64,000 nt of DNA from an uncultured delta proteobacterium (GCA_963782055.1 CAWAIF010000003.1:544001-608000); one strand, 5' to 3'; positions 41,086 to 50,923 are shown, numbered from the stretch's first letter. Numbers and translations are program-made. Notes: a model not told the origin generated them from the sequence alone.

Positions 41086-42492
41086 TCAGCGTCGTCGTCG
41101 ACGCACCACCATCACCGCCGCGGCCAGCGCGCACGCCGTGAGACCGGCGGCCCACTCGTAGTGGGTCTGCCGGTCTTCGCGTTTTCGCGCGGCGTCGTCC
41201 ATCGCCGCGAGGCGCGCGCGCGCGTCGGCGTTGGACGGATCTGCCTGGATGGCGCGCTCGTAGGGCGCGCGATCCTCGATACCGCGCGCGCGCAGGTCCT
41301 CTCCCTCCAGGTAGGCCAGCGCCCCGCGGATCTGTCCGGCGTGCGGTCCCCCCGGATCGAGCTCCAGCGCCTTGCGGTACGCCGCGCGCGCCGCCTGGTG
41401 GTCGGTGCCCTCCTTCTCTTGCGCCACCGCCACGTACGCCGGTGCCATCTGCGCGCGTCGCGGGAGCATCGGCTGCCGGGCCAGCGCCTTGTCGAAGTCG
41501 GTCACCGCCTCGTCGGCGCGGCCCGCGTGCAGCGCGGTGAGGCCCTCCTCCACCAGCGCGTCCAGCTCCGCGTTGCGCGACCTGTCCATCGTCGCGAAGA
41601 CCGCGTGGGCGAGGCGCGCGGCGTCCCAGTCGGGTGGCGGCGGCGCGCCGTCCAGGTTCTGCGCCATCTCCCGCAGGCGCGGGGCGGCGAGGACGCCGTA
41701 CTCCAGCGTGGCCGCGCGCGCGGCCTCGCGCACCGGCTCGCGCGCCGAGCCCACGAAGGACAGCACCACGCCCAGGCCGTCCAGGTCCTTGTTGGCGGCG
41801 TACGCGCCCAGCACGTCGACCAGGACCGCGTTGCTCTTGGTCTGCACCGCGTCCCCCGGCACCCGCACGCCGATGGACTCCAGCGTGGTGGAGGCGAAGT
41901 GGTGCAGGTGCGGCACCTTCTGCGCGAGGATCAGCCCCGCCCGCGCGCGCTCGCCGAGCGCCCGGACGCGCCGCGTGACCTCCGGGCGGAAGGCCCACGC
42001 GTGATCGGGGGCGACCATCGCCATCTGCAGGACGGCCGGCGTGGTGCCGTCGGCGGCGAGCGCGTGCAGAATACACACGGTCTCCACCGCGACGCGGAGC
42101 GCCTCGGGGTGGGCGCCCTGCGCCGCCTGCAGCGCACCCAGCAAGTCGAAGTCTTCGCCCCAGTACTTCGGCCCTGCGGCGCGCGCCACCTGCCGCGTCA
42201 GCTCGGTGATCCGCGCGGTGTCTCCGCGCCGGCGCAGCGATGCGAGCGCCGCGGTCATGTCCGCGAGGGAGAAGCGTCCGCGGGCGAGCGCCTCCGCGGC
42301 GGCGGGGTCGCCCGGTGCGGCCTCCACCTTCGCCAGCGCCGGAGCGAGGGCGACAACGCCGGCGTCGGCCCGCGCTGCGCTCGCCGCCGGGGCGACCGGG
42401 TCCGCACGCACCGCGCCGGCCAGCAGCAGCACGGTCGCGAGCGCGAAGCACGGGAGGGGGCGCACGCCCGGAAGAACGCTCCGCGCGGGCAC
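41086..42492 (-). CDS. Exported TPR/HEAT-like repeat protein with C-terminal TM anchor
   Basis: Signal peptide; AYRKALELDP and YERAIQADP TPR-like motifs; terminal TM plus RRRRR. Confidence 0.75.
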   Translation of the reverse strand: MPARSVLPGVRPLPCFALATVLLLAGAVRADPVAPAASAARADAGVVALAPALAKVEAAPGDPAAAEALARGRFSLADMTAALASLRRRGDTARITELTRQVARAAGPKYWGEDFDLLGALQAAQGAHPEALRVAVETVCILHALAADGTTPAVLQMAMVAPDHAWAFRPEVTRRVRALGERARAGLILAQKVPHLHHFASTTLESIGVRVPGDAVQTKSNAVLVDVLGAYAANKDLDGLGVVLSFVGSAREPVREAARAATLEYGVLAAPRLREMAQNLDGAPPPPDWDAARLAHAVFATMDRSRNAELDALVEEGLTALHAGRADEAVTDFDKALARQPMLPRRAQMAPAYVAVAQEKEGTDHQAARAAYRKALELDPGGPHAGQIRGALAYLEGEDLRARGIEDRAPYERAIQADPSNADARARLAAMDDAARKREDRQTHYEWAAGLTACALAAAVMVVRRRRR

Positions 42493-42499
42493 CCGCTTC

Positions 42500-42778
42500 C
42501 TACTCCACGATCTGGAAGTCGGAGTAGTCGCCGCTGAAGCTGCGGTAACGCACGTCCACGTTGTCCACGCGCGCGGCGCTGGGGCCGTGGTGGGCCCAGC
42601 CGATCATCTCCTTGACCGCGTCCTCGTCGCCCTCGGCCAGGATCTCGATGCTGGCGTCGTTGCGGTTGCGGACCCAGCCTGTCACGCCGAGCCGGCGTGC
42701 CTCGCGTTGCGCGGCGGCGCGGAAGAAGACGCCGGTGACCCGGCCCCGGATGGAGATGTGAACGCACTTGGTCGCCAT
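42500..42778 (-). CDS. acyP: Acylphosphatase
   Basis: GRVTGVFFR, GWVRN and GPSAARV; 92 aa. Confidence 0.93.
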   Translation of the reverse strand: MATKCVHISIRGRVTGVFFRAAAQREARRLGVTGWVRNRNDASIEILAEGDEDAVKEMIGWAHHGPSAARVDNVDVRYRSFSGDYSDFQIVE

Positions 42779-42835
42779 GTGGATTACCCAAATGCTAGCT
42801 AGCCAAAGAGCCCACGGCTGGGCAAGCTTTGGCGC

Positions 42836-43669
42836 ATGCGCGTGAGCCTTTCCGGATGGGGCGTCCACACCGGGCGACCCGTCACGGTCGGGCTGGCTCG
42901 GGCGGAAGGGCCCGTCAGGCTGGTCCGGGACGGGGCGGCGGCGGCCGTGGATGAGCTGTCCCTGGCCGGGGCGGAGCGCTCCACGCGGGTGGCGGGCCGG
43001 GGGCTCGAGCTCGCCACCGTGGAGCACCTCTTCGGGGCGCTGGCGGGGCTCTCGGTGCGGGCGGGGGTGCGGGTGGAGGTCGACGGCCCGGAGCTGCCCT
43101 TGCTCGGTGGGGGGGCCGCCGAGTACGCCGCCGCCCTGCGCGCGCTGGAGGTGACCTCCGCGCCGCCCCGGTTGCATGTCGCGCGGGAGGGGACGGTAGA
43201 GGTGGCGGGCAGCCGCTACGCCTTCGCGCCGGGCCCGGGGACCGTGGTGGAGGTGACGATCGACTTCGGCGACCCGCGCCTGCACCCCGGCGCGCGCTTC
43301 GAGGGGGACGCGGAGGACTTCGTGACCCGCATCGCGCCGGCGCGCACCTTCGCCTTCGCCCACGAGGTCGAGGCGCTGGGGCAGGCGGGGCTCGCGCGGC
43401 ACGCGTCGCCGGAGAGCGTCATCGTGGTGGGCGACGTGATCCACGCCCGCGGCGGCGCGGCGCCCGACGAGCCGGCGCGCCACAAGCTGCTCGACTTGCT
43501 GGGCGACGCCTACCTTCACGGCGGGCCGCCGCGTGGCGTGCTGCGGGCGCACCGTCCCGGGCACGCCCGCAACCACGAGGCGTTCGCGCGGGCGCTGGCC
43601 GCGGGCATCCTGGCGGTGGGCGCGGGCCCGTCCGCCGCGTCCGCCGGCGCGCCGGGGGCGACGGGGTAG
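42836..43669 (+). CDS. lpxC: UDP-3-O-acyl-GlcNAc deacetylase (divergent LpxC family)
   Basis: GVHTG, TVEHL, IAPARTF, HKLLDLLGD and GH..N. Confidence 0.85.
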   Translation: MRVSLSGWGVHTGRPVTVGLARAEGPVRLVRDGAAAAVDELSLAGAERSTRVAGRGLELATVEHLFGALAGLSVRAGVRVEVDGPELPLLGGGAAEYAAALRALEVTSAPPRLHVAREGTVEVAGSRYAFAPGPGTVVEVTIDFGDPRLHPGARFEGDAEDFVTRIAPARTFAFAHEVEALGQAGLARHASPESVIVVGDVIHARGGAAPDEPARHKLLDLLGDAYLHGGPPRGVLRAHRPGHARNHEAFARALAAGILAVGAGPSAASAGAPGATG

Positions 43670-43672
43670 GGC

Positions 43673-44572
43673 GTGCGCACGGGCTGGCTCGCGATCCTCT
43701 GGCTCCTCTCTCCGGGGGCGGCGCTCGCCGACGAGCCGGCGCGGCCGGTGACGCTGCCCGCCCTCACCCACCCGCACCCCGAGGTGTCGACCGACACCAC
43801 GCTCGCGTCGGTCCTCTTCCGCGGCGGCGGCGCGGACCGCGCCACCTACTCGCACGTGGAGCGCGTCGCGGTGGAGGTGCCCATCATCGCGCCGCACTGG
43901 TACGCGGGCGCCGGCTACGACGCGGCGTTCGGGACCGCGCCGCTCGGGGGGACGCTGCTCATCTCCGGCAACCCCGAGTTCTGGTGGCGCGGCGTGTGGT
44001 CGTCGCCCTACGGCCTCGCCTTCGGCGGCGGCATCGCGGCGGTCATCCCGACGCTCTCGTTCGCGCCGGACGGCGGGCCGGGCGCCTCGGTCGCGGCGGG
44101 CGCCGTGGCCTCCCGCGGCTGGGAGCGCGCGCTCTTCGACCCGCAGTTCGCCACTGTGCGTCCCTTCCTCGACATGCGCTTCATCTCCGGCATCCTGACG
44201 CTGCAGTATCGCCAGTCGCTGGAGGCCGCGACCAACTTCTCCAGCCTGACCACGTACCGGATGGCCGCTGTCGGCACGCTGGACATGGCGCTGCGCGTCT
44301 CCCGGCTGGTGTCGGTCGCGGGGGAGCTCATCGAGTACTACCGGCTGGAGTCGGGCATCAGCGACGCCGACCGCTCGTACCTGGCCGTGGGCGCCCACGT
44401 GCGCCTGTCCACCCGCTACTACCAGCCGAGCATCGGCCTGGTGACCAACATCGGCTCCCCGCTCGACACCATCGCGCAGGTGGGTGGCGCGCCGGTCTCC
44501 ACCTCGCCGGCGGCGTTCGTGGGGCTGCGCATCGGCATCACGTTCCCCATCGCGCGCGCTGGCTCAGACTGA
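43673..44572 (+). CDS. Hypothetical exported protein, possible outer-membrane beta-barrel
   Basis: Signal peptide; alternating hydrophobic beta-strand pattern. Confidence 0.65.
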   Translation: MRTGWLAILWLLSPGAALADEPARPVTLPALTHPHPEVSTDTTLASVLFRGGGADRATYSHVERVAVEVPIIAPHWYAGAGYDAAFGTAPLGGTLLISGNPEFWWRGVWSSPYGLAFGGGIAAVIPTLSFAPDGGPGASVAAGAVASRGWERALFDPQFATVRPFLDMRFISGILTLQYRQSLEAATNFSSLTTYRMAAVGTLDMALRVSRLVSVAGELIEYYRLESGISDADRSYLAVGAHVRLSTRYYQPSIGLVTNIGSPLDTIAQVGGAPVSTSPAAFVGLRIGITFPIARAGSD

Positions 44573-45538
44573 GAGCACGACCTTGCCGAAGGTCTCGTTG
44601 CTCCCGAGCAGCGCGTGCGCGCCGGCGGCCTCCGCGAGGGGCATGACGCGGTCGACCACCGCCCGCAGCCTCCCCGACGCGAAGAGCGGGACCACGTGCT
44701 CCTCGAAGACGCGTGCCGCGTCGATCTTCTCCTCCAGCGGGCGGGCGCGCAGCATGGTGCCGCGCACCTCCAGGCGCTTGCCAAGCACCAGCGCGAGATC
44801 CAGGTCGACGCGCGCCCCCGCCATCAACCCCACGAGGACGATGCGCCCTCGCGGCCGCACGCAGGCCAGGTCCTCGGCGAGGTAGGGGCCCCCCACCAGC
44901 TCCAGCACGACGTGCACGCCGCCGGTCGCCTTCTTCACCTCCTCGGCGAAGCGCCCGCCCGCGGCGACGACGCCCACCTGCAGGCCGAGCGCGCGCGCCT
45001 GCTCCAGCTTGCGCTCCGATCGCGCGGTGCCCACGGCGCGCGCCCCGATGGCCGCGGCGATCTGGATCGCGGCTGTCCCCACGCCGCTGCCCGCGGCCGG
45101 GACGAGCACCCACTCCCCCGCCCCGAGCCGCGCCTGCGTGACCATGGCGTCGTACGCGGTGATGAACGCCTCCGGCACCGCGGCCGCGTCGGCGAAGCTC
45201 ATCGCCTCCGGGATGTGCGCCAGCGTCCGCTCGTGCGCCACGACGTGCTCGGCGTAGGCGCCGCCGCCGACCAGGCCGAAGACCCTGTCGCCCACCGCCA
45301 GCCGCTCGACGCCCTCGCCCAGCGCGTCCACCTCCCCGGCCAGCTCCAGGCCGGGGATGTCGGCGGGCACGCCAGGGGGCGCGGGGTACGCACCCATCCG
45401 CTGGAGCAGGTCCGCGCGGTTGACCGCCGTCGCGCGCACGCGCACGCGCACCTCGCCGCGGGAAGGCACGGGCGAGGGGACCTCGCGGAGCTGCAGCACC
45501 TCCGGCCCTCCTGGCCGCGTGACGACAATCGCGTGCAT
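44564..45538 (-). CDS. NAD(P)H-quinone oxidoreductase (PIG3/MDR family)
   Basis: AVNRADLLQRMGAY, GLELAG, GSGVG and GKVVL. Confidence 0.92.
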   Translation of the reverse strand: MHAIVVTRPGGPEVLQLREVPSPVPSRGEVRVRVRATAVNRADLLQRMGAYPAPPGVPADIPGLELAGEVDALGEGVERLAVGDRVFGLVGGGAYAEHVVAHERTLAHIPEAMSFADAAAVPEAFITAYDAMVTQARLGAGEWVLVPAAGSGVGTAAIQIAAAIGARAVGTARSERKLEQARALGLQVGVVAAGGRFAEEVKKATGGVHVVLELVGGPYLAEDLACVRPRGRIVLVGLMAGARVDLDLALVLGKRLEVRGTMLRARPLEEKIDAARVFEEHVVPLFASGRLRAVVDRVMPLAEAAGAHALLGSNETFGKVVLSV

Positions 45539-45586
45539 CAGCGCTCCTGCCCGGAGTCGGGCCGCCGGCCGGCCCGGGGCCGGCGC

Positions 45587-46390
45587 TCAGTGGTTTCTCG
45601 CATGCTCCAGGCACAGGTTACGCGGTTTGCCGCCGCACTTCTCGCAGGAGCAGACGCGGATGTCGGCGCCATCGTCCTCGCTCACGTCGCAGATGGCGCA
45701 GCGCCGGCCGCCCGTCGCCCTGGCGGGCGGCGCCGACTGCGCGCGCCGCGCCGACTGTCGCACCCGCAAGTTGCGCGACTTCCAGTAATCCCGCCAGAAG
45801 CCGGTGAAGAAGAGGACGTAGTTGCCGGTCGCCGCGAAGATGGCGGCGCGCGCCACCCAGTCCCCCGAGATGAACTGCCAGACCAGCAGCACGCCGGCGA
45901 GGATGCCCAGCCACTTCACCTTCACCGGGATGATGAGGAACATGTAGACGACGAAGTCGGGGAAGAGCGTCGCGAAGGCGAGGAAGAGCGACTCGTTGAT
46001 GAAGGTGTTGCCCACCGCGCCGCCCGTCACCAGCGCGGCGATCGTCGTGCCCACCATGCCGATGAGGTAGAAGGCGTTGAACTTGAACGCGCCCCACTCG
46101 TTCTCCAGGTTGGTCCCGATCAACCAGATGAAGTACAGGACGAAGAGCATCACGATGGGCCGGGGGAGGCCGCACATGTCGCCGGGGGGCGGGAGGAAGA
46201 GGTAGGTGATGAGCCGCCAGACCTGCCCGTGGCGGACCTGCGCCAGGTCGAGCGTGAGCAGGCCCTCGAAGCGCGGGCGGATCATGCCCAGCACGAAGAC
46301 GACCGCCATCCCCGCGACGATGACGAAGGCCAGGTTGGGGATGGCGAAGCGACCGATGCGACGCTCGAGCCGCGCGAGGAGGCGGTCCAT
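45587..46390 (-). CDS. Rhomboid/Derlin-like membrane protein with C-terminal Cys/His cluster
   Basis: GQVWRLITYLF; several TMs; C-terminal CAIC...CSCEKC...CLEH. Confidence 0.8.
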   Translation of the reverse strand: MDRLLARLERRIGRFAIPNLAFVIVAGMAVVFVLGMIRPRFEGLLTLDLAQVRHGQVWRLITYLFLPPPGDMCGLPRPIVMLFVLYFIWLIGTNLENEWGAFKFNAFYLIGMVGTTIAALVTGGAVGNTFINESLFLAFATLFPDFVVYMFLIIPVKVKWLGILAGVLLVWQFISGDWVARAAIFAATGNYVLFFTGFWRDYWKSRNLRVRQSARRAQSAPPARATGGRRCAICDVSEDDGADIRVCSCEKCGGKPRNLCLEHARNH

Positions 46391-46443
46391 GCGCCGTGTT
46401 CTACCAACTCTTTCGCGCCGCCGCCCGCGGTCTTTCCCGAGGC

Positions 46444-47022
46444 TCAGTTCTTGGGCGCGCCGCACTCCACCCAGGTCTGCACGGTGGTCATGTCGGTGGG
46501 GGACATCGGCCCGGTGGCGAGGGTGTTGTCCTGCGCGGGCATCTGCAGCGAGCCGCAGCTCCCCTGCACGTTGCACAGGAAGCTGGAGTCGGTGCTGCTC
46601 GTCGAGCACGGGTTGAAGTACGGCTTGCCGCCGATCATGTAGCTCGTCAGGGTCAGGTACGCCTCGTCAGGGTCGGCGATCTGCGGCGTGTACGACGTGC
46701 CGCCGTGGCACTTGGCGTCGGCGCACTTCCACGTGCCGGCGGCGCTCATCATCGGCCAGATGTCCTTGGAGTAGCTCACCGCGCACGTGCCGGAGTCGAT
46801 CGGCCCCTGACCGTTGCAGAGCGCCGCGGCGTCGCCGGCGTCCAGCGAGGGCGCCGGAGGGGTAGGCAGGTTGCCCTTGGAGAGGCCGGAGTGCGGCCCG
46901 TAGTGCGTGTTGGTCTCCAGGTCGCAGCCGAACGCCCAGCCGGCCGCGCAACCGAAGGCCAGACCGAGGACACCCAGGCGAAGGCCGAGCGGTGGGCGGC
47001 GTGGGCGGAGAGTGTGGCTCAT
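46444..47022 (-). CDS. Lipoprotein with cytochrome-c-like domain (CX4CH motif)
   Basis: Lipobox AFGC; VSYSKDIWPMM..CADAKCH..QMP..VQTWVECGA resembles the planctomycete-type cytochrome c pattern. Confidence 0.7.
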   Translation of the reverse strand: MSHTLRPRRPPLGLRLGVLGLAFGCAAGWAFGCDLETNTHYGPHSGLSKGNLPTPPAPSLDAGDAAALCNGQGPIDSGTCAVSYSKDIWPMMSAAGTWKCADAKCHGGTSYTPQIADPDEAYLTLTSYMIGGKPYFNPCSTSSTDSSFLCNVQGSCGSLQMPAQDNTLATGPMSPTDMTTVQTWVECGAPKN

Positions 47023-47233
47023 GGCGCTGCCGCATTGTGGAAGCACCAAGCGTTCCGGCGCAAGGCGGTCCTTCGTCGGGGCGGAATGGGGCCGGATCGT
47101 TTGCCTGCCAACGATCGACGGGTCCAGCAGGCTGGTTCACCTGTGATCCAGGTGCGGTCCGGGATGGAACCACGTCGGCCGCCCGAGGGGGCGGATCCCG
47201 CAGGGAAATGCCATGGCCGCGGGCCCGGAGTGG

Positions 47234-47250
47234 TTGGCGCGTGTCGTGCA
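47234..47250 (+). promoter_or_regulatory. Candidate sigma54 promoter of the DUF4266-DUF3570 operon
   Basis: TTGGCGCGTGTCGTGCA (GG-N10-GC); RBS ggagaaggag follows. Confidence 0.55.
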
Positions 47251-47276
47251 AAAGCCTGAAGGAGAAGGAGTCGACG

Positions 47277-47501
47277 ATGCGGACCTCCCGGAACCTCCAC
47301 CTGCTGCTCGCCGTCCTCGCCGTGCTGGGCGTGGCGGCCACCGGATGCGCGACCGTCGCCCCGTACCAGCGGGGAACGCTCGCCAAGCCCTCCATGACCC
47401 CCGAGGACGTGGCCACGGGCTTCGACGCGCACGTCCGCGCCGTCTCGGAGGGCGCGGCCGGAGGCTTCGGCGGCGGCGGGGGCGGCTGCGGCTGCAACTG
47501 A
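47277..47501 (+). CDS. DUF4266 family lipoprotein
   Basis: GCATVAPYQRGTLA...EGAAGGFGGGGGGCGCN C-terminus typical of DUF4266. Confidence 0.9.
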   Translation: MRTSRNLHLLLAVLAVLGVAATGCATVAPYQRGTLAKPSMTPEDVATGFDAHVRAVSEGAAGGFGGGGGGCGCN

Positions 47502-47535
47502 TGCGGTAGGCGAGCGATTCCGCTACCGTAGCGCC

Positions 47536-49707
47536 GTGCTCCGCCTCCCGTACCGGCCAGCGTGGCTGGCACCGATGCTGTGCCTCGCTCTCGTGCTCGC
47601 GGTGCGGCAATCGTGGGCGGGCGGAGATGACGTCGCCGTGCTCTCCACAGTGCAGCAGGTCATGACGGAGGACTACACGTCCGCCGCCTTCGGCCCTGCG
47701 ACGGAGAAGCTGCGCGCCGCGCTGGAGCGCTGCAAGCACGGCCAGTGCACGGGGGCCACCCGGGCGCAGGTCTACATCGCCATGGGGATGGTGGCCTCGC
47801 AGCTCGGCCATGCCGACGAGGCGAAGACCGACTTCTCGTCGGCGGTCGCGGCGGACCCACGGGCGAAGCTGCCCAGCTCCGGGACCACGCCGAGCATCCG
47901 GTCGCAGTGGGCCGCGGCGAACGGGCCCGACGCCGCCCCTCCCCCCTCCGACCTTGTCGCCTCGCCGCCGCCCGCGGCCGCGAAGCCCACGCACGTCCCC
48001 GGCTGGAACAGCGTGGACGCCTTCCAGTTCGCAAGCGCGGGCCTGAAGGCGGATTTGGCGCACGACCTGCCTGGCTGCATCAAGAACGACAAGGCATCGC
48101 TCGAGCTGGAGGAGCAGCCGCGCACGCGCCTCCACCTCGCGAGCTGCGAGCGACGTTCCGGCAAGCTCATCGACGCCCTGCGCGACACCGAGAAGGCGCT
48201 GCAGGACGGCATCAAGAAGCGCGACCGGCCCGTCATGCGCGCCGCGCGCAAGCGCGTCACCGACCTGCTGCACCGCATCCCGCACGTGACCTTCGTGCCA
48301 CCGGCGGGCGTGAGCGATCTCTCGGTGACCTTCGACGATCGGCCGGTGCCGCCCGCCAGCCTCACCAAGCGCTTCTCCATCGACCCCGGGAAGCACGCCG
48401 TGCACGCCGAGGGCACGCAGGGCGGCATCCCGCTCTCCTTCGACAAGGAGTACGACGTCGAGGAGGGAGAGCTCGTCACCGTCCACATCACCCTCAAGGC
48501 GCGGACCTCCGAGTACCTGACACCCGGGCAGCTCAAATGCATGCTCGCGGCCAAGAGCCAGGAGGAGGTCGTCAAGTGCCTGCCGCAGGGGCGGAAGAAC
48601 CTGGCGGTCAAGGCGGGGATGGAGTTCAGCGCGTACAGCGACACCAACGCCGTCAACGTGGTGACGCCGGCGATCAACGCCAGCGTCTCCTCGCCGACGG
48701 CCGGGTGGAACGTCGGCGCGACGTACCTGCTGGACGTGGTCACCGCGGCCTCGCCGGACATCGTGTCGGAGGCCTCGCCGGTCTTCCGCGACAGGCGTCA
48801 CGCGGCGACGCTGACCGGCGGCTACAAGCACGGCATCTTCGCCGGGCAGGCGAACGCCGGCCTCTCCATCGAGAACGACTACACCTCGATCAGCGGCGGC
48901 CTCGCCCTCACCGCGGACCTGCGCGACAAGCTGCTCACCCCGCGCATCGCCTACAACTACTCGCACGACACCATCGGGCGCACCAACACCCCGCTGGATG
49001 TCTTCAGCCACCAGCTCGATACCCACGACTTCGACGTGGGGCTCACGATGGTGCTCTCCCCGACGACGATCCTCCTCGTCAGCGGCACCCTCCAGCTCGA
49101 GCGGGGCGATCAGTCCAAGCCGTACCGGTACATTCCCATGTTCGATCCGGCGACGGCGCGCCGCATCCCCGTGGGGGCGACGGTGGATCTGGTCAACCGC
49201 GTCCGCCTGCCCCTGCGACCCCTCGAGCAGCTCCCCACGTCGCTGGATCGCTACGCCGTCGGCGTGCGCCTCGCCCACCGCTTCCACGACACCGCGACGC
49301 TGCGCATCGACCAGCGCCTGTACGTCGACTCGTGGAGCATCCTCTCGACGACGACCGACGGCCGCTGGGTGCAGGACATCGGCAAGCGCCTCAGCGCGTG
49401 GCCTCACCTGCGCCTCAACGCGCAGACGGGCGCGAGCTTTTACCAGCTCGCCTACGCCGCCACGCTCAATCAAGATGGAAGCGTGACCGTTCCGCTCTTC
49501 CGCTCCGACGACCGCGAGCTCGGGCCGCTCATCACCCTCACGGGCGGCGGCGGCGCGCGCTTCGCCATCACGCCGCCCGACGCGCGCATGCAGGTGGGCA
49601 TCACCGCCCAGGCCGACGTGATGTTCACCCGCTTCTTCGACGCCCTCTTCGTGACCGCCCGCACGGCGGTGTACGGTACGCTGGGCATCGACGTGGAGTA
49701 CGAGTGA
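47536..49707 (+). CDS. TPR/PEGA-like N-terminal region fused to a DUF3570-family outer-membrane beta-barrel
   Basis: YSDTNAV, DVVTAAS, ENDYTS, QSKPYR and YVDSW motifs; follows DUF4266; alternative start 47575. Confidence 0.82.
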   Translation: MLRLPYRPAWLAPMLCLALVLAVRQSWAGGDDVAVLSTVQQVMTEDYTSAAFGPATEKLRAALERCKHGQCTGATRAQVYIAMGMVASQLGHADEAKTDFSSAVAADPRAKLPSSGTTPSIRSQWAAANGPDAAPPPSDLVASPPPAAAKPTHVPGWNSVDAFQFASAGLKADLAHDLPGCIKNDKASLELEEQPRTRLHLASCERRSGKLIDALRDTEKALQDGIKKRDRPVMRAARKRVTDLLHRIPHVTFVPPAGVSDLSVTFDDRPVPPASLTKRFSIDPGKHAVHAEGTQGGIPLSFDKEYDVEEGELVTVHITLKARTSEYLTPGQLKCMLAAKSQEEVVKCLPQGRKNLAVKAGMEFSAYSDTNAVNVVTPAINASVSSPTAGWNVGATYLLDVVTAASPDIVSEASPVFRDRRHAATLTGGYKHGIFAGQANAGLSIENDYTSISGGLALTADLRDKLLTPRIAYNYSHDTIGRTNTPLDVFSHQLDTHDFDVGLTMVLSPTTILLVSGTLQLERGDQSKPYRYIPMFDPATARRIPVGATVDLVNRVRLPLRPLEQLPTSLDRYAVGVRLAHRFHDTATLRIDQRLYVDSWSILSTTTDGRWVQDIGKRLSAWPHLRLNAQTGASFYQLAYAATLNQDGSVTVPLFRSDDRELGPLITLTGGGGARFAITPPDARMQVGITAQADVMFTRFFDALFVTARTAVYGTLGIDVEYE

Positions 49708-50288
49708 TGCGCGCCCGCCCGCTGCCCCTGGTCCGGCACGCGCTGCCCGCCGCTCTGGTGGTCCTGGCGCTGCTCGCCGCGTGCAGCGACCCCGTCCCGG
49801 ACGGGGCGATCAGCGCGCTCGGCGACGAGAACCCGACGATCCCGGTGGGCGAGTACCACCGCGCCGGGCAGCCGTGCGTGCTCTGCCACGACTCCAGCGG
49901 GCCCGCGTCGGACAAGCCCTTCGCCGTGGCGGGCACCGTCTTCGCCCAGCCGAACAACGCGGAGGGCGTGGACCAGGCCACCGTCGCCATGACCGACACG
50001 ATGGGCTCGGTCTTCACGGTGAAGACCAACTGCGTGGGCAACTTCTTCGTCCCGCGCGGCGCGTGGGATCCGGCGTTCCCCATCTTCGTGCGCGTCTTCA
50101 AGGACGGCACCACCCGGACGATGCAGGGGCAGGTCGGTCGCGAACGCTCCTGCGCGAACTGTCACAAGGACGCGCTTACGCAGTCCGACCAGCTCACCAG
50201 CAAGGGCCACGTCTACCTGTACGAGGACGGTGACGCTGTGCCGCCCAACACCGATTGCCCCGTCAACCCCGTGGTGGGAGGCAATTGA
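49707..50288 (+). CDS. Di-heme cytochrome c lipoprotein
   Basis: Lipobox LAAC; CVLCH and CANCH; TGATG coupling. Confidence 0.85.
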   Translation: MRARPLPLVRHALPAALVVLALLAACSDPVPDGAISALGDENPTIPVGEYHRAGQPCVLCHDSSGPASDKPFAVAGTVFAQPNNAEGVDQATVAMTDTMGSVFTVKTNCVGNFFVPRGAWDPAFPIFVRVFKDGTTRTMQGQVGRERSCANCHKDALTQSDQLTSKGHVYLYEDGDAVPPNTDCPVNPVVGGN

Positions 50289-50836
50289 TGGTGCTCTCAC
50301 GCTCGCTCTCCGCCGCCGCGGCGCTGCTGGTGGGCGGCGGGATGGTCCTCGCCGCCGTCGGGATGCCCGCGTGCGCGGCGAGCACCACCTACGACGACGG
50401 CGGGATCCGCATCACCACCATCCTCGCGCCCGACCAGGCGCAGTTCGACGCCGTCAGCCCCGTGTTCGAGCGACGCTGCGGCACGCTGGATTGCCACGGG
50501 CAGGCGGGGCGCCCGCTGCGCATCTACAGCGGACGCGGGTTGCGGCTGCCGAACGACGGCGGGCTGGCGCCCGGCATCGGGGACACCACCGCCGCCGAGG
50601 TGGCGGCCAACTACCGCGCCGTCATCGGGCTGGAGCCGGAGGAGATGACGCGCGTCGTCGCCGGCGTCGATCCGCCGCGCACCCTGCTCATCCTGGCCAA
50701 GCCGCTCAACCTGGAGTCACACAAGGGCGGCCCCGCCTTCGCTCCCACCAACGATCCCGGCGAGGTCTGCTTCACCACCTGGCTGAAGGGCGCCGTCGAC
50801 CAGAACGCCTGCGCGAAGGCGATCGAGGGCCTGTAG
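50288..50836 (+). CDS. Lipoprotein with atypical heme-c motif (CX4CH)
   Basis: MPAC lipobox; VSPVFERRCGTLDCHG and KPL..HKGG; TGATG coupling. Confidence 0.75.
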   Translation: MVLSRSLSAAAALLVGGGMVLAAVGMPACAASTTYDDGGIRITTILAPDQAQFDAVSPVFERRCGTLDCHGQAGRPLRIYSGRGLRLPNDGGLAPGIGDTTAAEVAANYRAVIGLEPEEMTRVVAGVDPPRTLLILAKPLNLESHKGGPAFAPTNDPGEVCFTTWLKGAVDQNACAKAIEGL

Positions 50837-50890
50837 GTCTCCGTCGTCCAGCCGATCGCCACGAGCCGACGTTCACGCGCCCCAGAAAGC

Positions 50891-50923
50891 AAAAGACCCG
50901 CCCCCCATCAAGGGAGCGGGTCT
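50891..50923 (-). terminator. Intrinsic terminator between convergent operons
   Basis: agacccgc...gcgggtct stem with an A-run on the left (U-run on the minus strand). Confidence 0.65.

Noticed and set aside
42836..43669. lpxC pseudogene
   Set aside because: The ORF is intact and keeps the Zn-binding and catalytic motifs (EH, HKxxD, GH) despite divergence.
42779..44398. 632-aa ORF fused to acylphosphatase
   Set aside because: Only the last 92 aa are AcyP; the rest is antisense to lpxC and the next gene.
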